DNA from: Ginsengibacter sp.
GTDB taxonomy: Bacteria; Bacteroidota; Bacteroidia; Chitinophagales; Chitinophagaceae
Direction of reading: 5' to 3'
NCBI GenBank assembly: GCA_039935935.1
Contig: JBDTJI010000171.1
Span: forward strand, 1 to 56,482
Length of the DNA: 56,482 bases
Shown: piece by piece, positions 28,567-38,816 of the stretch
Numbering within the stretch: position 1 is the first letter of the stretch
Layout of the letters: the number at the start of each line of letters is the position of its first letter
The notes under the pieces: model-generated
The model's database searches: none
What the model saw: only the letters and a program-made list of their open reading frames with translations
Told to the model about the DNA's origin: nothing
Program-made: the position numbers and the translations under genes

Positions 28567-29817
28567 TTATTCATTTGAGAATTCCTCATTGAGAATTTTC
28601 TTCACTTCCGCTATCGTTTCCTTTTCAAGATCAGTCCTTCTTTCCAGTTCTTCATCAGACAAGTCTAACACGCTTTTCGCTGTATCGCATCCAATCTTTT
28701 TTAACTCATCAATCACCCATGTCTCTAATTCATCAGTAAATTCATCGAGATCCACATCGTATTCTTCTATTTCACCCTCATTGTCACGGAACACATCTAT
28801 CTCAAGCCCTGTAAGTTCGCAGGCAAGTTTGATGTTTACTCCTCTGCGGCCTATCGCCAGAGAAACCTGGTCGGGCTTTAAATACACACTTGCATGTTTT
28901 GCTTCCATATCCACGTCCATACTGGTAATTTTAGCAGGGGTGAGTGAACGCTGAATTAGTAATTGAATATTATTTGTCCAGTTGATTACATCAATATTTT
29001 CATTTTTAAGCTCACGAACGATGCCATGAATACGGCTTCCCTTCATCCCCACACAAGCTCCAACAGGATCTATGCGGTCATCAAAACTCTCAACGGCTAC
29101 CTTAGCCCTTTCACCCGGATCTCTTACAATCTTCTTTATTACTATCAATCCGTCAAAAATTTCAGGAACTTCAATCTCAAGTAATTTAGCCAAAAAGGAG
29201 TTATCGGTTCTTGACACAATAATAACCGCCTGATTATTTTTGAGTTCCACATTTTTTACTACAGCCCTTACTGTCTCACCTTTTTTGAAATAATCAGATG
29301 GAATTTGTTCTGACTTAGGAAGTAACATCTCATTTCCTTCTTCATCCAGTAATAATATCTCTTTTTTCCAAACCTGATATACTTCACCGCTTACGATATC
29401 CCCCACCCTGTCTTCGTACTTTTTAATAAGTATATTTTTTTTTAAGTCGTTAATGCGGCTAGCCAATGTTTGCTTTCCAGCAAGAATGGCTCTTCTTCCA
29501 AATTCTTTTTGAATATCTACTTCTTCGTACAATTCCTCACCTACCTGGTAATCTGGCTCTATTTTTATGGCGTCTTTATATTCTATTTCTGTTAAGGTAT
29601 TATATAAATCATCATCGTCAACAATAGTTCGCCGCCTGAATATTTCAAGGTCACCTTTTTGGTCATTTACGATTACGTCAAAATTTTCGTCAGATCCGTA
29701 TTTTTTTCGGATCAATGTTTTAAAAACATCTTCCATTACTTTCATTAAAGTAGGCCTGTCTATATTTTCAGCGTCTTTGAACTCCTGAAAGGACTCCATT
29801 AAATTGATACTTGCCAT
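28567..29817 (-). CDS. nusA: Transcription termination/antitermination factor NusA
   Basis: EVPEI, RDPGERAKVAV, DPVGACVGMKGSRI, AIGRRGVN. Confidence 0.98.
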   Translation of the reverse strand: MASINLMESFQEFKDAENIDRPTLMKVMEDVFKTLIRKKYGSDENFDVIVNDQKGDLEIFRRRTIVDDDDLYNTLTEIEYKDAIKIEPDYQVGEELYEEVDIQKEFGRRAILAGKQTLASRINDLKKNILIKKYEDRVGDIVSGEVYQVWKKEILLLDEEGNEMLLPKSEQIPSDYFKKGETVRAVVKNVELKNNQAVIIVSRTDNSFLAKLLEIEVPEIFDGLIVIKKIVRDPGERAKVAVESFDDRIDPVGACVGMKGSRIHGIVRELKNENIDVINWTNNIQLLIQRSLTPAKITSMDVDMEAKHASVYLKPDQVSLAIGRRGVNIKLACELTGLEIDVFRDNEGEIEEYDVDLDEFTDELETWVIDELKKIGCDTAKSVLDLSDEELERRTDLEKETIAEVKKILNEEFSNE

Positions 29818-29826
29818 ACGCGATTT

Positions 29827-30297
29827 TTAAAAAGTTATCAGCACTGTTGTGTGCTTTATCTGATTAAATAATATTGTTGTCGTTTTAATAATCATTTTAT
29901 TTCCTTTGCCTGTTTTTTCTTCAATTGTTATATTTTGTTCATTTACGTCAATAAGCTTTCCCTCTAATGAAGTTCCATCATTGAGCGCCACTTTTACCTT
30001 ACGCCCTATATTTTTTATAAACTGGCGTAATAATATTAATGGTTTATCTACACCAGGTGAAGATACCTCCAGTGAAAAATCGTTTCCTCCAAAAAGGCTG
30101 GTTTCTTCAATAAAACTATAAAGAGCCTTGTTAATCTTCGTGCAATTATCAATGGTAACTCCATTATCACCATCTAGGGACACGATTACCTTATTTACCG
30201 GTGTAACTTTTACTTCTATAAGGAACAAATCCTCCGGTGTCTCGATCAATTTCCTGACAAATTCTTCAATCTTCGCAGATTCTTCTGAAGTATACAT
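29827..30297 (-). CDS. rimP: Ribosome maturation factor RimP
   Basis: GVTIDNC, LEVSSPGVDKPL; canonical rimP-nusA-infB order. Confidence 0.95.
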   Translation of the reverse strand: MYTSEESAKIEEFVRKLIETPEDLFLIEVKVTPVNKVIVSLDGDNGVTIDNCTKINKALYSFIEETSLFGGNDFSLEVSSPGVDKPLILLRQFIKNIGRKVKVALNDGTSLEGKLIDVNEQNITIEEKTGKGNKMIIKTTTILFNQIKHTTVLITF

Positions 30298-30315
30298 TTT
30301 TCCGGTTCTCTTTTT

Positions 30316-30348
30316 AAAATAGAAGAAGGGAACGCTTCCGTTCCCTTC
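30316..30348 (-). promoter_or_regulatory. rimP-leader attenuator hairpin
   Basis: GAAGGGAACG-GAAG-CGTTCCCTTC followed by TTCTATTTT, between a TATCTTTG promoter box (30365-30372) and the rimP ATG. A terminator-like leader is a known feature of rimP-nusA-infB operons. Confidence 0.7.
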
Positions 30349-30491
30349 AAATCTTTTACGCCCGCAAAGATAAAGTAATTAAGGATTACACACCAAATTA
30401 TGTTTCGTTTGAAAAATTCATTAACAAACTTTTGAACCTAATTATTTCTGTTGGAACTGACAATTAATTTAAAACAATTACTTTTGTAAGT

Positions 30492-30731
30492 ATGAATATT
30501 TTCAGAGTAATTGCCGAACTTTTCTTATTCTACATTTTATACAAGTTAATATTTGACTTCATCGTTCCTATTTATAATTCATCAAAAAAAATTAAAAAAC
30601 AATTTGGGGAGATGCAGGATAAAATGCAGAATGATATTAACAAGTATCAAAGTCGTGAAAATACCGTCAAAACTGAATCTTCATCAGAAAAGGAGGGTGA
30701 CTACATCGAATTTGAAGAAGTAAAAAAATAA
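30492..30731 (+). CDS. Small membrane protein (DUF4834-like)
   Basis: N-terminal TM and C-terminal GDYIEFEEVK typical of this Bacteroidota family. Confidence 0.7.
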   Translation: MNIFRVIAELFLFYILYKLIFDFIVPIYNSSKKIKKQFGEMQDKMQNDINKYQSRENTVKTESSSEKEGDYIEFEEVKK

Positions 30732-30733
30732 AA

Positions 30734-31348
30734 CTATAAACTCAATTCCTCTATTTTTTTTCCAGGCAAAAGGTGGATAGTTTGTAATCCCGCTTTTTTC
30801 GCGCCTTCAATATTACCTTCCGAGTCATCAATAAACAAAGTTTTTCCAGCTTCAACTGAGAGTTCATCGAGTACCCACTTATAACATTCCACATCGGGTT
30901 TTCTCAATCCTATGTTACAAGAGTAAAAGGCACGTGAAAAATAATCATCGAAAGATCTCTCTCTTTTCGTTTTATTAAACCTATTTTTAAACCATTCGAT
31001 ATGGATCTGATTGGTATTGCTTAAAAGGAATAATTTGTACCTGTGCTTAAGATCATCCAGAAATTGCAGGCTTTCCTCACGAAAACTGAGTAGCATGGCA
31101 TTCCATGCATTCCTGGTTTCGTCGGGTGATAAATCAAGACCAATGCAGCGATTGAATTCTTTGTAAAAATTTTCTTCAGAAATTTTGCCTGTTTCAAGTT
31201 TCTGAAAAAGTTGATCGGCTTCTGACTGGGAATACATCTCATCAAAACGAACCACTCCTAATTTATCAAAGGCTGCGCGGGTAAGATTATAATCAATATC
31301 TAATAAAACCCCACCGAGATCAAAAATGATATTTTCAACTTTTTCCAT
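30734..31348 (-). CDS. HAD-family phosphatase
   Basis: IFDLGGVLL, LLSNTN, RKPD, FIDDS..N. Confidence 0.92.
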   Translation of the reverse strand: MEKVENIIFDLGGVLLDIDYNLTRAAFDKLGVVRFDEMYSQSEADQLFQKLETGKISEENFYKEFNRCIGLDLSPDETRNAWNAMLLSFREESLQFLDDLKHRYKLFLLSNTNQIHIEWFKNRFNKTKRERSFDDYFSRAFYSCNIGLRKPDVECYKWVLDELSVEAGKTLFIDDSEGNIEGAKKAGLQTIHLLPGKKIEELSL

Positions 31349-32207
31349 TTTCAGTTTTTAAAGAATTTATCTAAAAACTCCTATCCAATAGTCATTATTG
31401 CTATATCGTATTCATCAGAAATTCATTTTATAACTTCCGCCAAATTTAGATAACTTCATTAAATAATAAATGTGTGTGTATGTTATTTAAAATGCATATC
31501 TGGACGCCTAATGGATTGTACCATTATTTCCTGGCAGATTTTATTTTTCAATACTTTTTTTTCAATCTAAAGAATTTCTCGAAAAGAATAAAGAGGGAGG
31601 TTGTTCGGATAAGATTACGTCACCTGGCTGACACTTACTCACTTTCTCTCTCTGCATTTAACCCAGTTTATTATAACTGAAAAAGTTAAGTGCCATGCTT
31701 TGTAAATATGGCAAAGTGAAAAGATATCTTCATAATCTTAAGCTGTCTTCAAAGAAACCAACGTCTCTGTTCCAAATGTTCATTTGGTAGACGATTGGTT
31801 ATCCCTTGTTGATAGACAAAAGCTTTCATATTTTCAATACAGCTATGATCCATTTACAACAGAAGCTACATAAACTAAAGTTGTAACTTATCAAAATGTT
31901 GTCGATAAACAACTGCATTCACTATACATTTGTTATTTTTTCGGGTTAGAGTTTAACAGCCTTGTTTCAAAAGATAAATTACCGGTTCGCTTATATGCGT
32001 AACAGCATCTATTTTTAGAGCTATTTCTGCAATTATTATTCATTTTGTGCCATTTAATAATTATACAACACCATTTACTCACTTGGTGAAAAACAATTGA
32101 AGAAAAAAAAGAAATTCGTTATTCAATGATTTCTGCAATTTATTACAATTTTATATCGTAACGGGTATCTTCAATAAAACGCAATGTGCAGTTTTTAATC
32201 AGGAATT

Positions 32208-32233
32208 CCCCCGGAATTTTGCGGGGGTTTTTT
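32208..32233 (+). terminator. Intrinsic terminator with no adjacent upstream CDS
   Basis: CCCCCG-gaattttg-CGGGGG followed by T6. Confidence 0.6.
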
Positions 32234-32406
32234 GTAGACTATATAAGAGAGGAATCCTTATAAGCCTGTTTTGAAAAACTAATTTTTAATTTTCATAAAA
32301 AATTAAACTAATTTTAACCGCTTATGCAGTAAATATTCATTTTCTAACCCCCACTTGTCCGGACGTTGACTAATGGATAATAAAAATTATAAAATTATTA
32401 GCTTAA

Positions 32407-32724
32407 ATGTATAATCACATCTGGAAAAAATATTTACCTATCATCAGAATTTTAATGAAAAAATCCATTTCTGAGGAGCAGGTGTTATCACTAAATAAGA
32501 TAGATTTTGAAAGGGCCGGGACCGGAAGAAAAGCCGGATACAAGTTTAAAATTGAATTAACCAATGGCAAAGTAGGTAACGTTATAAGCGGTTCTACACT
32601 TGCTATGCATCTTGCAGAAATAATCCTCGAGGATCAGAGCGCAAAACAAATCATGGAAGAAGATGATTTTGAAATTTCCTTAAATACAAAATTCCATTTA
32701 CTTATCACTCATGTTCCAAGGTAA
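32407..32724 (+). CDS. Hypothetical protein
   Basis: 105-aa ORF with ATG, A-rich leader and protein-like composition (WKKYLPIIRILMKKS). Confidence 0.7.
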   Translation: MYNHIWKKYLPIIRILMKKSISEEQVLSLNKIDFERAGTGRKAGYKFKIELTNGKVGNVISGSTLAMHLAEIILEDQSAKQIMEEDDFEISLNTKFHLLITHVPR

Positions 32725-32810
32725 TTATTTCAGTGTGTAACGCTAACTTCCCAGGGAATAAAAAGCTCTCGATGCCAGTGCCTTTTGTTTCTATCAATTC
32801 CAATCCCGCT

Positions 32811-33104
32811 TCAAATTTTTGTTTTATCTCTCAACCTTTTGTATTCTTTTTCTGCCAGAGAATCTTTAGTTTTATAAGCGGTTAAATAGTTAAAGAAAAT
32901 ACCGATACCCCATCCCACCATCGGCCAAAGAGGCCATGGAATGACATCTCTTTCTGCCGGTGGCGTAAGATTATTTTTAAGGCTTATGTACCAAAGCGTC
33001 CAAAAGAAGATATTCATAATAAAATAAATAAGCACGTGATATTTGAAGGCTGCCCGCTTTTTTGCAACTTCCCACAATTTCCGATCTCTGTTTTCCTGTT
33101 CCAT
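32811..33104 (-). CDS. 2TM-domain membrane protein
   Basis: AKKRAAFKYH..Y..N, WPLWPMVGWGIG, EKEY. Confidence 0.85.
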   Translation of the reverse strand: MEQENRDRKLWEVAKKRAAFKYHVLIYFIMNIFFWTLWYISLKNNLTPPAERDVIPWPLWPMVGWGIGIFFNYLTAYKTKDSLAEKEYKRLRDKTKI

Positions 33105-33307
33105 AACTTTAAGTTTTTAGGTTGAATATAAACTATTTTTAAAGAACAACCGTAACGGGTGTATTGATGACGATGGTTTGGGTGAAATAATTTCTTCTGT
33201 TATACAGTTTTCTTCTGTAAGACCATTTTCTTCTGAATGTTTCTCTAAAAAATTGCATTAATTTTGCCGACCTCTCAAAGAGAGTATTGATCTTTAATTT
33301 AATCAAT

Positions 33308-33379
33308 GGTCCCGTAGTTCAATGGATAGAATAGAAGTTTCCTAAACTTTAGATACAAGTTCGATTCTTGTCGGGACTA
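33308..33379 (+). tRNA. tRNA-Arg (anticodon CCT)
   Basis: Acceptor GGTCCCG/CGGGACT-A, D-arm GTTC-aatggata-GAAT, anticodon arm GAAGT-ttCCTaa-ACTTT, T-arm ACAAG-TTCGATT-CTTGT; TAATTTTG promoter box at 33259-33266. Confidence 0.96.
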
Positions 33380-33577
33380 CCTTACCGGAAAGAATTACAA
33401 TTTTGATAATTTTCCGGATTGTTGTTGATAAGCTGGTCTTTGTAAAGGTCAGAAACATACGGTAAACGTCTGGAAATGTACATCGGTGTTATATATCGGA
33501 GCTTACATCACGCTTGATGTTCGACTGATTTGATCATTTCGCTATTTTCATTAAACAAATGGCATTTACCTACTCAA

Positions 33578-34330
33578 CTAAAAAATATACTTCAAACCGT
33601 TTTTTATCAAATATACCTGCCGAGGTATATCCGCCGCCGGCTCGCTGTCGAATAGATAATTCCACTTGGTTATAAAAGAAAAATTTTTGATGAACTTTAG
33701 TTCCAGGCTTAATTCATGCAGTATCCGGTAATCAGAAATATTATTAAAAAGTGGTTGAAAAAAAAACGTATTGACTATTTCATAGTTATCTGCCGGTTTC
33801 CATGTAAAAGAAACATAACTGCTGTTCCTGATATCATTATGAACAATAACAGGTTTGCTTACTTCTTTCTCATATTCATACATGGCAGCAGTGGCGGCAT
33901 ATAAAGCAAATTTTTCTGTCCCTGATATCTTGAATCTTGGGCCTGTTCCCAACAAAAAACGCGCTCGAATGCCCGCTACATTATTTTGCTGTAATTGGGT
34001 AAACAGTTCCCAGCGTAATACTTTATCGACTTTGTAATTATAGCGTAAATGATAGAATAAGTTGTTTTGAAAGGTTTGTTCCTGCCCCTTCAAAAGATTA
34101 TAGTTCACCAGAAATAAGTAGATACTTTTGGGCGATTTATATTCCAGGTGTGCTTCGGCGTTAATATTGATCAACTGCACCGCACTCTTCTCTAATTGAA
34201 AAGTAATACCCACACTTCCGAGCCATCCGATAGTGTCACTCTTCAATCTTTGACTTTCTACGTTCACTAATTGAGATTCAACCTTAAAGATCCCTGAAAA
34301 CAACATAATTAAAATGAGAATACTTCGCAT
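33578..34330 (-). CDS. DUF481-like outer-membrane beta-barrel protein
   Basis: Signal peptide, QLVNVE start, HLRYNY, alternating beta strands, terminal Phe. Confidence 0.75.
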   Translation of the reverse strand: MRSILILIMLFSGIFKVESQLVNVESQRLKSDTIGWLGSVGITFQLEKSAVQLININAEAHLEYKSPKSIYLFLVNYNLLKGQEQTFQNNLFYHLRYNYKVDKVLRWELFTQLQQNNVAGIRARFLLGTGPRFKISGTEKFALYAATAAMYEYEKEVSKPVIVHNDIRNSSYVSFTWKPADNYEIVNTFFFQPLFNNISDYRILHELSLELKFIKNFSFITKWNYLFDSEPAADIPRQVYLIKNGLKYIF

Positions 34331-34624
34331 AGGGGCAATTTACAAAACACCTTTTAAACGGAAGAATCGGCCAATAGCAATGTTATTTTAGGTATTTATT
34401 TCAATTTGAAATGAAAAAAAAGAAGGACATTTGCAGCCCTTATCGACAAATTTTTATATCAGGAAAATCAACGGAGTCGGACGAAAATACCCTAAGAGCA
34501 AAAATATTGATCGTTTGCAAGAAATGTAATATTATAACACCTTGAAAATTAATTTAGATTGCAACATGATCGGCTGATTGTGGCTCGGTTATCCAGAATG
34601 ACTTAACAGAATAAAAATACACAT

Positions 34625-35275
34625 ATGAAATTTTTGAATTTTATAATTAAATACCGGCTTCTGTTAGGAGGAGTATTTCTTTTAGCCGCGATAGTAGTGA
34701 ATGTGGAATCAGGTTTTTGGCCTGCTTTCGTATTATATCTGATAGCTTTGATACTTGTCGTAGGACATTTTTTATTTGGCCCTATGCGTTTAATACAAGG
34801 ACATATGGAAAATGGTGATATAGAAGGTGCACAGAAAGTCATAAATTCCATCTGGTTTCCCGCTTTACTTATTAAACCGGTACGGTCAGTTTATTTTACT
34901 TTGAAAGGGAATATTGCTATGGTAAACCAAGACTATGACACGGCAGAGGCTCACATGAAAAAAAGCCTAAGCCTTGGGATGCCAATGAAAGAAGCTGAGG
35001 GTGCTAATAAATTGCAGTTAGGAATGTTGGCAATGCAAAAAGGCAATATCAGGGAATCTGAAAATTATATTCGCCAGGCTATACGTTCAGGATTGCCGGA
35101 CAAAGAAAATGAAGCTGCCGCTTATTTACAGCTTTCCTCTATCATGATCAATAAAAGAGAGTTTCGTGCCGCCAAAGAATATTTCAGAAAAGTAAAGAAG
35201 CTGAAACCAACCACACCCCAAATTGTTGATCAGATAAAGCAAATGGAAAAATACATAACGAGGATGCCGGGTTAA
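34625..35275 (+). CDS. Membrane-anchored TPR protein
   Basis: Two N-terminal TM helices followed by TPR-like helical repeats. Confidence 0.75.
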   Translation: MKFLNFIIKYRLLLGGVFLLAAIVVNVESGFWPAFVLYLIALILVVGHFLFGPMRLIQGHMENGDIEGAQKVINSIWFPALLIKPVRSVYFTLKGNIAMVNQDYDTAEAHMKKSLSLGMPMKEAEGANKLQLGMLAMQKGNIRESENYIRQAIRSGLPDKENEAAAYLQLSSIMINKREFRAAKEYFRKVKKLKPTTPQIVDQIKQMEKYITRMPG

Positions 35276-35309
35276 TGTCCAATTAAATGACCAATCAATT
35301 TTATACTTT

Positions 35310-35540
35310 GTGCGATCTGTAAAATACATATTATCTCTTCCATTTATAGCCTCAATTAAAGCATACCAGCTAATCATTTCGCCATGGTTGAGACCATCGT
35401 GCCGTTATACACCAACGTGTTCACAATATGGAATAGAAGCAATTCAAAAGTATGGCCCTGTAAAAGGATTGTGGCTGACTTTAAAAAGGATCATAAGATG
35501 TAATCCATGGGGCGGACATGGCCATGACCCGGTTCCATAA
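35310..35540 (+). CDS. yidD: Membrane protein insertion efficiency factor
   Basis: [34 protein letters not shown]. Confidence 0.95.
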   Translation: MRSVKYILSLPFIASIKAYQLIISPWLRPSCRYTPTCSQYGIEAIQKYGPVKGLWLTLKRIIRCNPWGGHGHDPVP

Positions 35541-35631
35541 AAAAGAATCAAAAGGCAAAAAACAAGAAACAAGAAATTATTAAATTAAAGAAAGGAAATC
35601 TATTCTTTACTAAGTTTGACTAATATGGGAG

Positions 35632-36939
35632 TTACTTTGACTTCAGCCTATATTTCTTATTCACTTTAGGGTTATTGAAATATTCATCGAGTTCTTTCGG
35701 GTTAAGTTTTTCATCAACTAAGGCTACATCGATGAGCTGGAGTTGAACTTGCTGCAGACCGTCTTTCAATTTTCCTGTTTTTATTATTATATCTTGGTCT
35801 TTATCGCCAATCAAGCCATTATCAGCCAATAAATATTGAAGCCTTTTGATATCATTTCTAACAAGAGACGCAGCATTCAATTCATCATTTTTATTGGGCG
35901 CTACGGCTTCTTTTACAGGCACGAGGGCGACGCCTACACTGGGCAAAATTTTACCGGTAGTGTGCATATCATCCCCGGGTAAAGATGAAAATACTGTACC
36001 TCCCAAAGCAGTAGTAGCCGAGGAAAGTTCAAAAGTTGTCCTTGTATTTTTTGTTTTCTTTATTTTTCTATCAAGGTCTCTGAAGGTGGCCTTTAACTGA
36101 ACAATATACCTTCTGATTGAAGAATCTATTCTATCATATTCTAAAGATCTTCGTGAATAATCAATGCTTTCATTTACTCTAACAGATACTATTGCTGTAT
36201 CATGATTAAAAAACTTATCAGTTCCTATGAATTTTAGGATCAGGTCTTTTTGCTTTAATTTTTCTTCTGGTTTTATGAAATCGTATGGTGCAATCCAAGT
36301 AAAAATATCACCACAAACAGTAATGGGAGTAATAGAACGAATGGGGTAATTAGCAAAATAGGTGATGGATTCAAGAGGGAAACTTCCTTCTTCACATTGC
36401 AGTTTAAATGTTAATGTGTCACCTTCATCCATACTAACATAATTACTCACTGTTGGTTTTATTTGTGAGGGAATGATATCTGTATTATAAAAAAGCAATG
36501 TAAAAGTAGTATCCAAGTAATCTTTTACATCATTAAGATTTTGCACACCCAGTTTCACTTTGTATTCGGTATCATACTTTAATTTCCCCGATAAAAAGAA
36601 GGATTTCTCTGCTTTAAAATGCAGCAGGCCATTATCTTTATTAATCCTCAGACCTACAGGCGAATTTTTTAGATACCAATAGTATTCCTCAGGGTCTCTG
36701 TTGATTTCAAAATGATAATCAAGAGTTGAATCCACATGCAATGTAAAGTAGGGCGTAAAATTTTTGATGCGCAATACTGTATCTACCGGTCTTATAAAAA
36801 ATGTGTCTTCCGGAGTTAAATAAATAGTATCCTGTGAATTATGAAAACTACTATCTGTCACTTGACCCTTTGCATAGCTGCATAAAAGCCCAAGAAACAA
36901 AACAATGATGGATGCTTTAATTGATGAGTTTTTAACCAT
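35632..36939 (-). CDS. Secreted hypothetical protein with Ig-like repeats and a C-terminal coiled coil
   Basis: Signal peptide (..AKG|Q), beta-rich N-terminal region (LKNSPVGLRINKDNGLL), helical C-terminus. Confidence 0.7.
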   Translation of the reverse strand: MVKNSSIKASIIVLFLGLLCSYAKGQVTDSSFHNSQDTIYLTPEDTFFIRPVDTVLRIKNFTPYFTLHVDSTLDYHFEINRDPEEYYWYLKNSPVGLRINKDNGLLHFKAEKSFFLSGKLKYDTEYKVKLGVQNLNDVKDYLDTTFTLLFYNTDIIPSQIKPTVSNYVSMDEGDTLTFKLQCEEGSFPLESITYFANYPIRSITPITVCGDIFTWIAPYDFIKPEEKLKQKDLILKFIGTDKFFNHDTAIVSVRVNESIDYSRRSLEYDRIDSSIRRYIVQLKATFRDLDRKIKKTKNTRTTFELSSATTALGGTVFSSLPGDDMHTTGKILPSVGVALVPVKEAVAPNKNDELNAASLVRNDIKRLQYLLADNGLIGDKDQDIIIKTGKLKDGLQQVQLQLIDVALVDEKLNPKELDEYFNNPKVNKKYRLKSK

Positions 36940-37067
36940 GTGCGCAAATTTATAAAACTATTCCCGCCCTTCTCATAAAGAAACATGAAATATTTACAAA
37001 TTTCTTATAAAATAAGATCAATGTGAAGGGCATATTAGGTTGATGTATTAGGATTATGTTTTGCTTT

Positions 37068-37547
37068 TTATTTCAGGTTATCAACGGCCAAATCACGAGA
37101 ACTGCCTAACTTTTGCATCAATACCGAAACATTTGCCGCAATTTGGCTTTTATTATTAAGAATAACTTCTACTATTGCGGAATGAGAGTTACCCTTCGAA
37201 AGACTTTTTTCGTTATCTTTTTGCATATTCACGACCATATTTTTTAAGTCAGCATCGGCATTTTTGGAAATTTGTACCATTATTAAAATTGCAATGGCAT
37301 CGATCCCTTTCGATGTAATATTTTTTAAAGACTCATCAGAACGCAAAAATCCGGAAAGGCTATCGGTATCAACTATTCTATTTTTTAAATTGTTGGCATT
37401 TTTTTCGATAGTACTTTTAATCTTTGAATTAATAGTTTGCATTGCATGATTATAAAATAAATCAGCTTCAGGTGACATTGCTGAATTCACCTGGCTGTAA
37501 CCGGCAGATGAAAGGATATAAAAAATAAGAGATAAAAAATGTTTCAT
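37068..37547 (-). CDS. Secreted hypothetical protein
   Basis: 159-aa ORF with signal peptide ..AGYS|Q. Confidence 0.6.
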   Translation of the reverse strand: MKHFLSLIFYILSSAGYSQVNSAMSPEADLFYNHAMQTINSKIKSTIEKNANNLKNRIVDTDSLSGFLRSDESLKNITSKGIDAIAILIMVQISKNADADLKNMVVNMQKDNEKSLSKGNSHSAIVEVILNNKSQIAANVSVLMQKLGSSRDLAVDNLK

Positions 37548-37765
37548 AAATGAGAATTTTAATATAAAAAATTATTAGGCGACACAGATTCACTTATATC
37601 AATAAACGATAAAACGCAAAAATTATTGAAGGTTACTTCAACTATTTTATTAACGTGTAGAGTGGTTACTATTTTATATTCTTCCTTAATGGTCTATTTT
37701 CTTCAAAAAATTAGATCTCATCATCAGCTAAATTGAAACAGTTGAGAAGCCTGTAAATTATCAAC

Positions 37766-38575
37766 ATGAATACCAATCTTAAATTGAAAGGACAAAGCGC
37801 TTTGGTTACCGGAGCTAATAGCGGAATAGGAGAAGCCGTAGCCATTGCATTGGCTGATGCTGGTGCCAACGTGGTAGTAAATTATGTTACACATCCTGAA
37901 AATGCCGATGCTGTAGTAAAACAAATAGAGCATAACGGAGGTAGTGCCACCGCAATAAAGGCTGACGTAAGTAATGAAACCGAAGTGCAGTCCATGTTTC
38001 AACAAATGGTTGCCAAATACGGCACAATAGATATTTTAGTAAATAATGCCGGGCTGCAAAAAGATTCACCCCTGGAAAAGATGAGTTTATCTGACTGGCA
38101 GCTAGTAATCAATGTAAATCTAACCGGGCAATTTTTGTGCGCCCGCGAAGCGGTGAAAGAATTTTTAAGGCGTGGTATGGTTCCTGAAAGAAGTTGTGCA
38201 TTAGGAAAAATTATTTGTATGAGCAGCGTACACCAGGTGATTCCCTGGGCAGGACATGTAAATTATGCTTCCAGCAAAGGTGGGATAGAAATGATGATGA
38301 AAAGTATGGCGCAGGAATTGGCACCTAAAAAAATAAGAGTTAATTCAATTGGGCCAGGTGCTATTCAAACTCCTATTAATTCTGCAGCCTGGAGCACCGA
38401 CGCGGCACTTAAAAGTTTACTCACGCTGATTCCTTATGGGCGCATCGGCCTGCCTGAAGATATTGGCAAAGTTGCGGTGTGGCTTGCCAGCGATGAATCT
38501 GATTATCTTTCAGGTACTACTATTTTTGCAGATGGAGGAATGCTATTGTATCCTGGCTTTTCCACTAATGGATAG
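37766..38575 (+). CDS. Glucose 1-dehydrogenase-like SDR
   Basis: TGANSGIG, NNAG, SSVH..IPW, YASSK. Confidence 0.9.
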   Translation: MNTNLKLKGQSALVTGANSGIGEAVAIALADAGANVVVNYVTHPENADAVVKQIEHNGGSATAIKADVSNETEVQSMFQQMVAKYGTIDILVNNAGLQKDSPLEKMSLSDWQLVINVNLTGQFLCAREAVKEFLRRGMVPERSCALGKIICMSSVHQVIPWAGHVNYASSKGGIEMMMKSMAQELAPKKIRVNSIGPGAIQTPINSAAWSTDAALKSLLTLIPYGRIGLPEDIGKVAVWLASDESDYLSGTTIFADGGMLLYPGFSTNG

Positions 38576-38816
38576 ATCTAGAAAAACATAGGAGCTATTG
38601 GGAGAGCAAAGCGGTCGGCAACGTAGTTCAGACCACGGGCAATTAGCAATTAGAATGTAAATGAAGAACACCCCCATGTTTCTTTTGCTCTACCGCGTTT
38701 TTGATTTCTATTTAAGAGATTCCCTGAACCTATAAAGTTTGAAGGAATTGCCAAAAAAGGAAATATGCCCCATGAGATTACTATGTCACCTTATAATCAT
38801 AATATTAAAATAAGCA

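Noticed and set aside
31474-31680. 68-aa ORF in the long intergenic region, and 49517-49819 similarly
   Set aside because: No motifs and Phe/Ile-rich composition typical of chance ORFs in AT-rich DNA.
33380-33577. Integrative element at tRNA-Arg
   Set aside because: No integrase and no repeat of the tRNA 3' end was seen in the window.
38580-38816. Possible ncRNA between the SDR and GH63 genes
   Set aside because: Only short, non-nested complementary patches and no recognisable RNA family motif.
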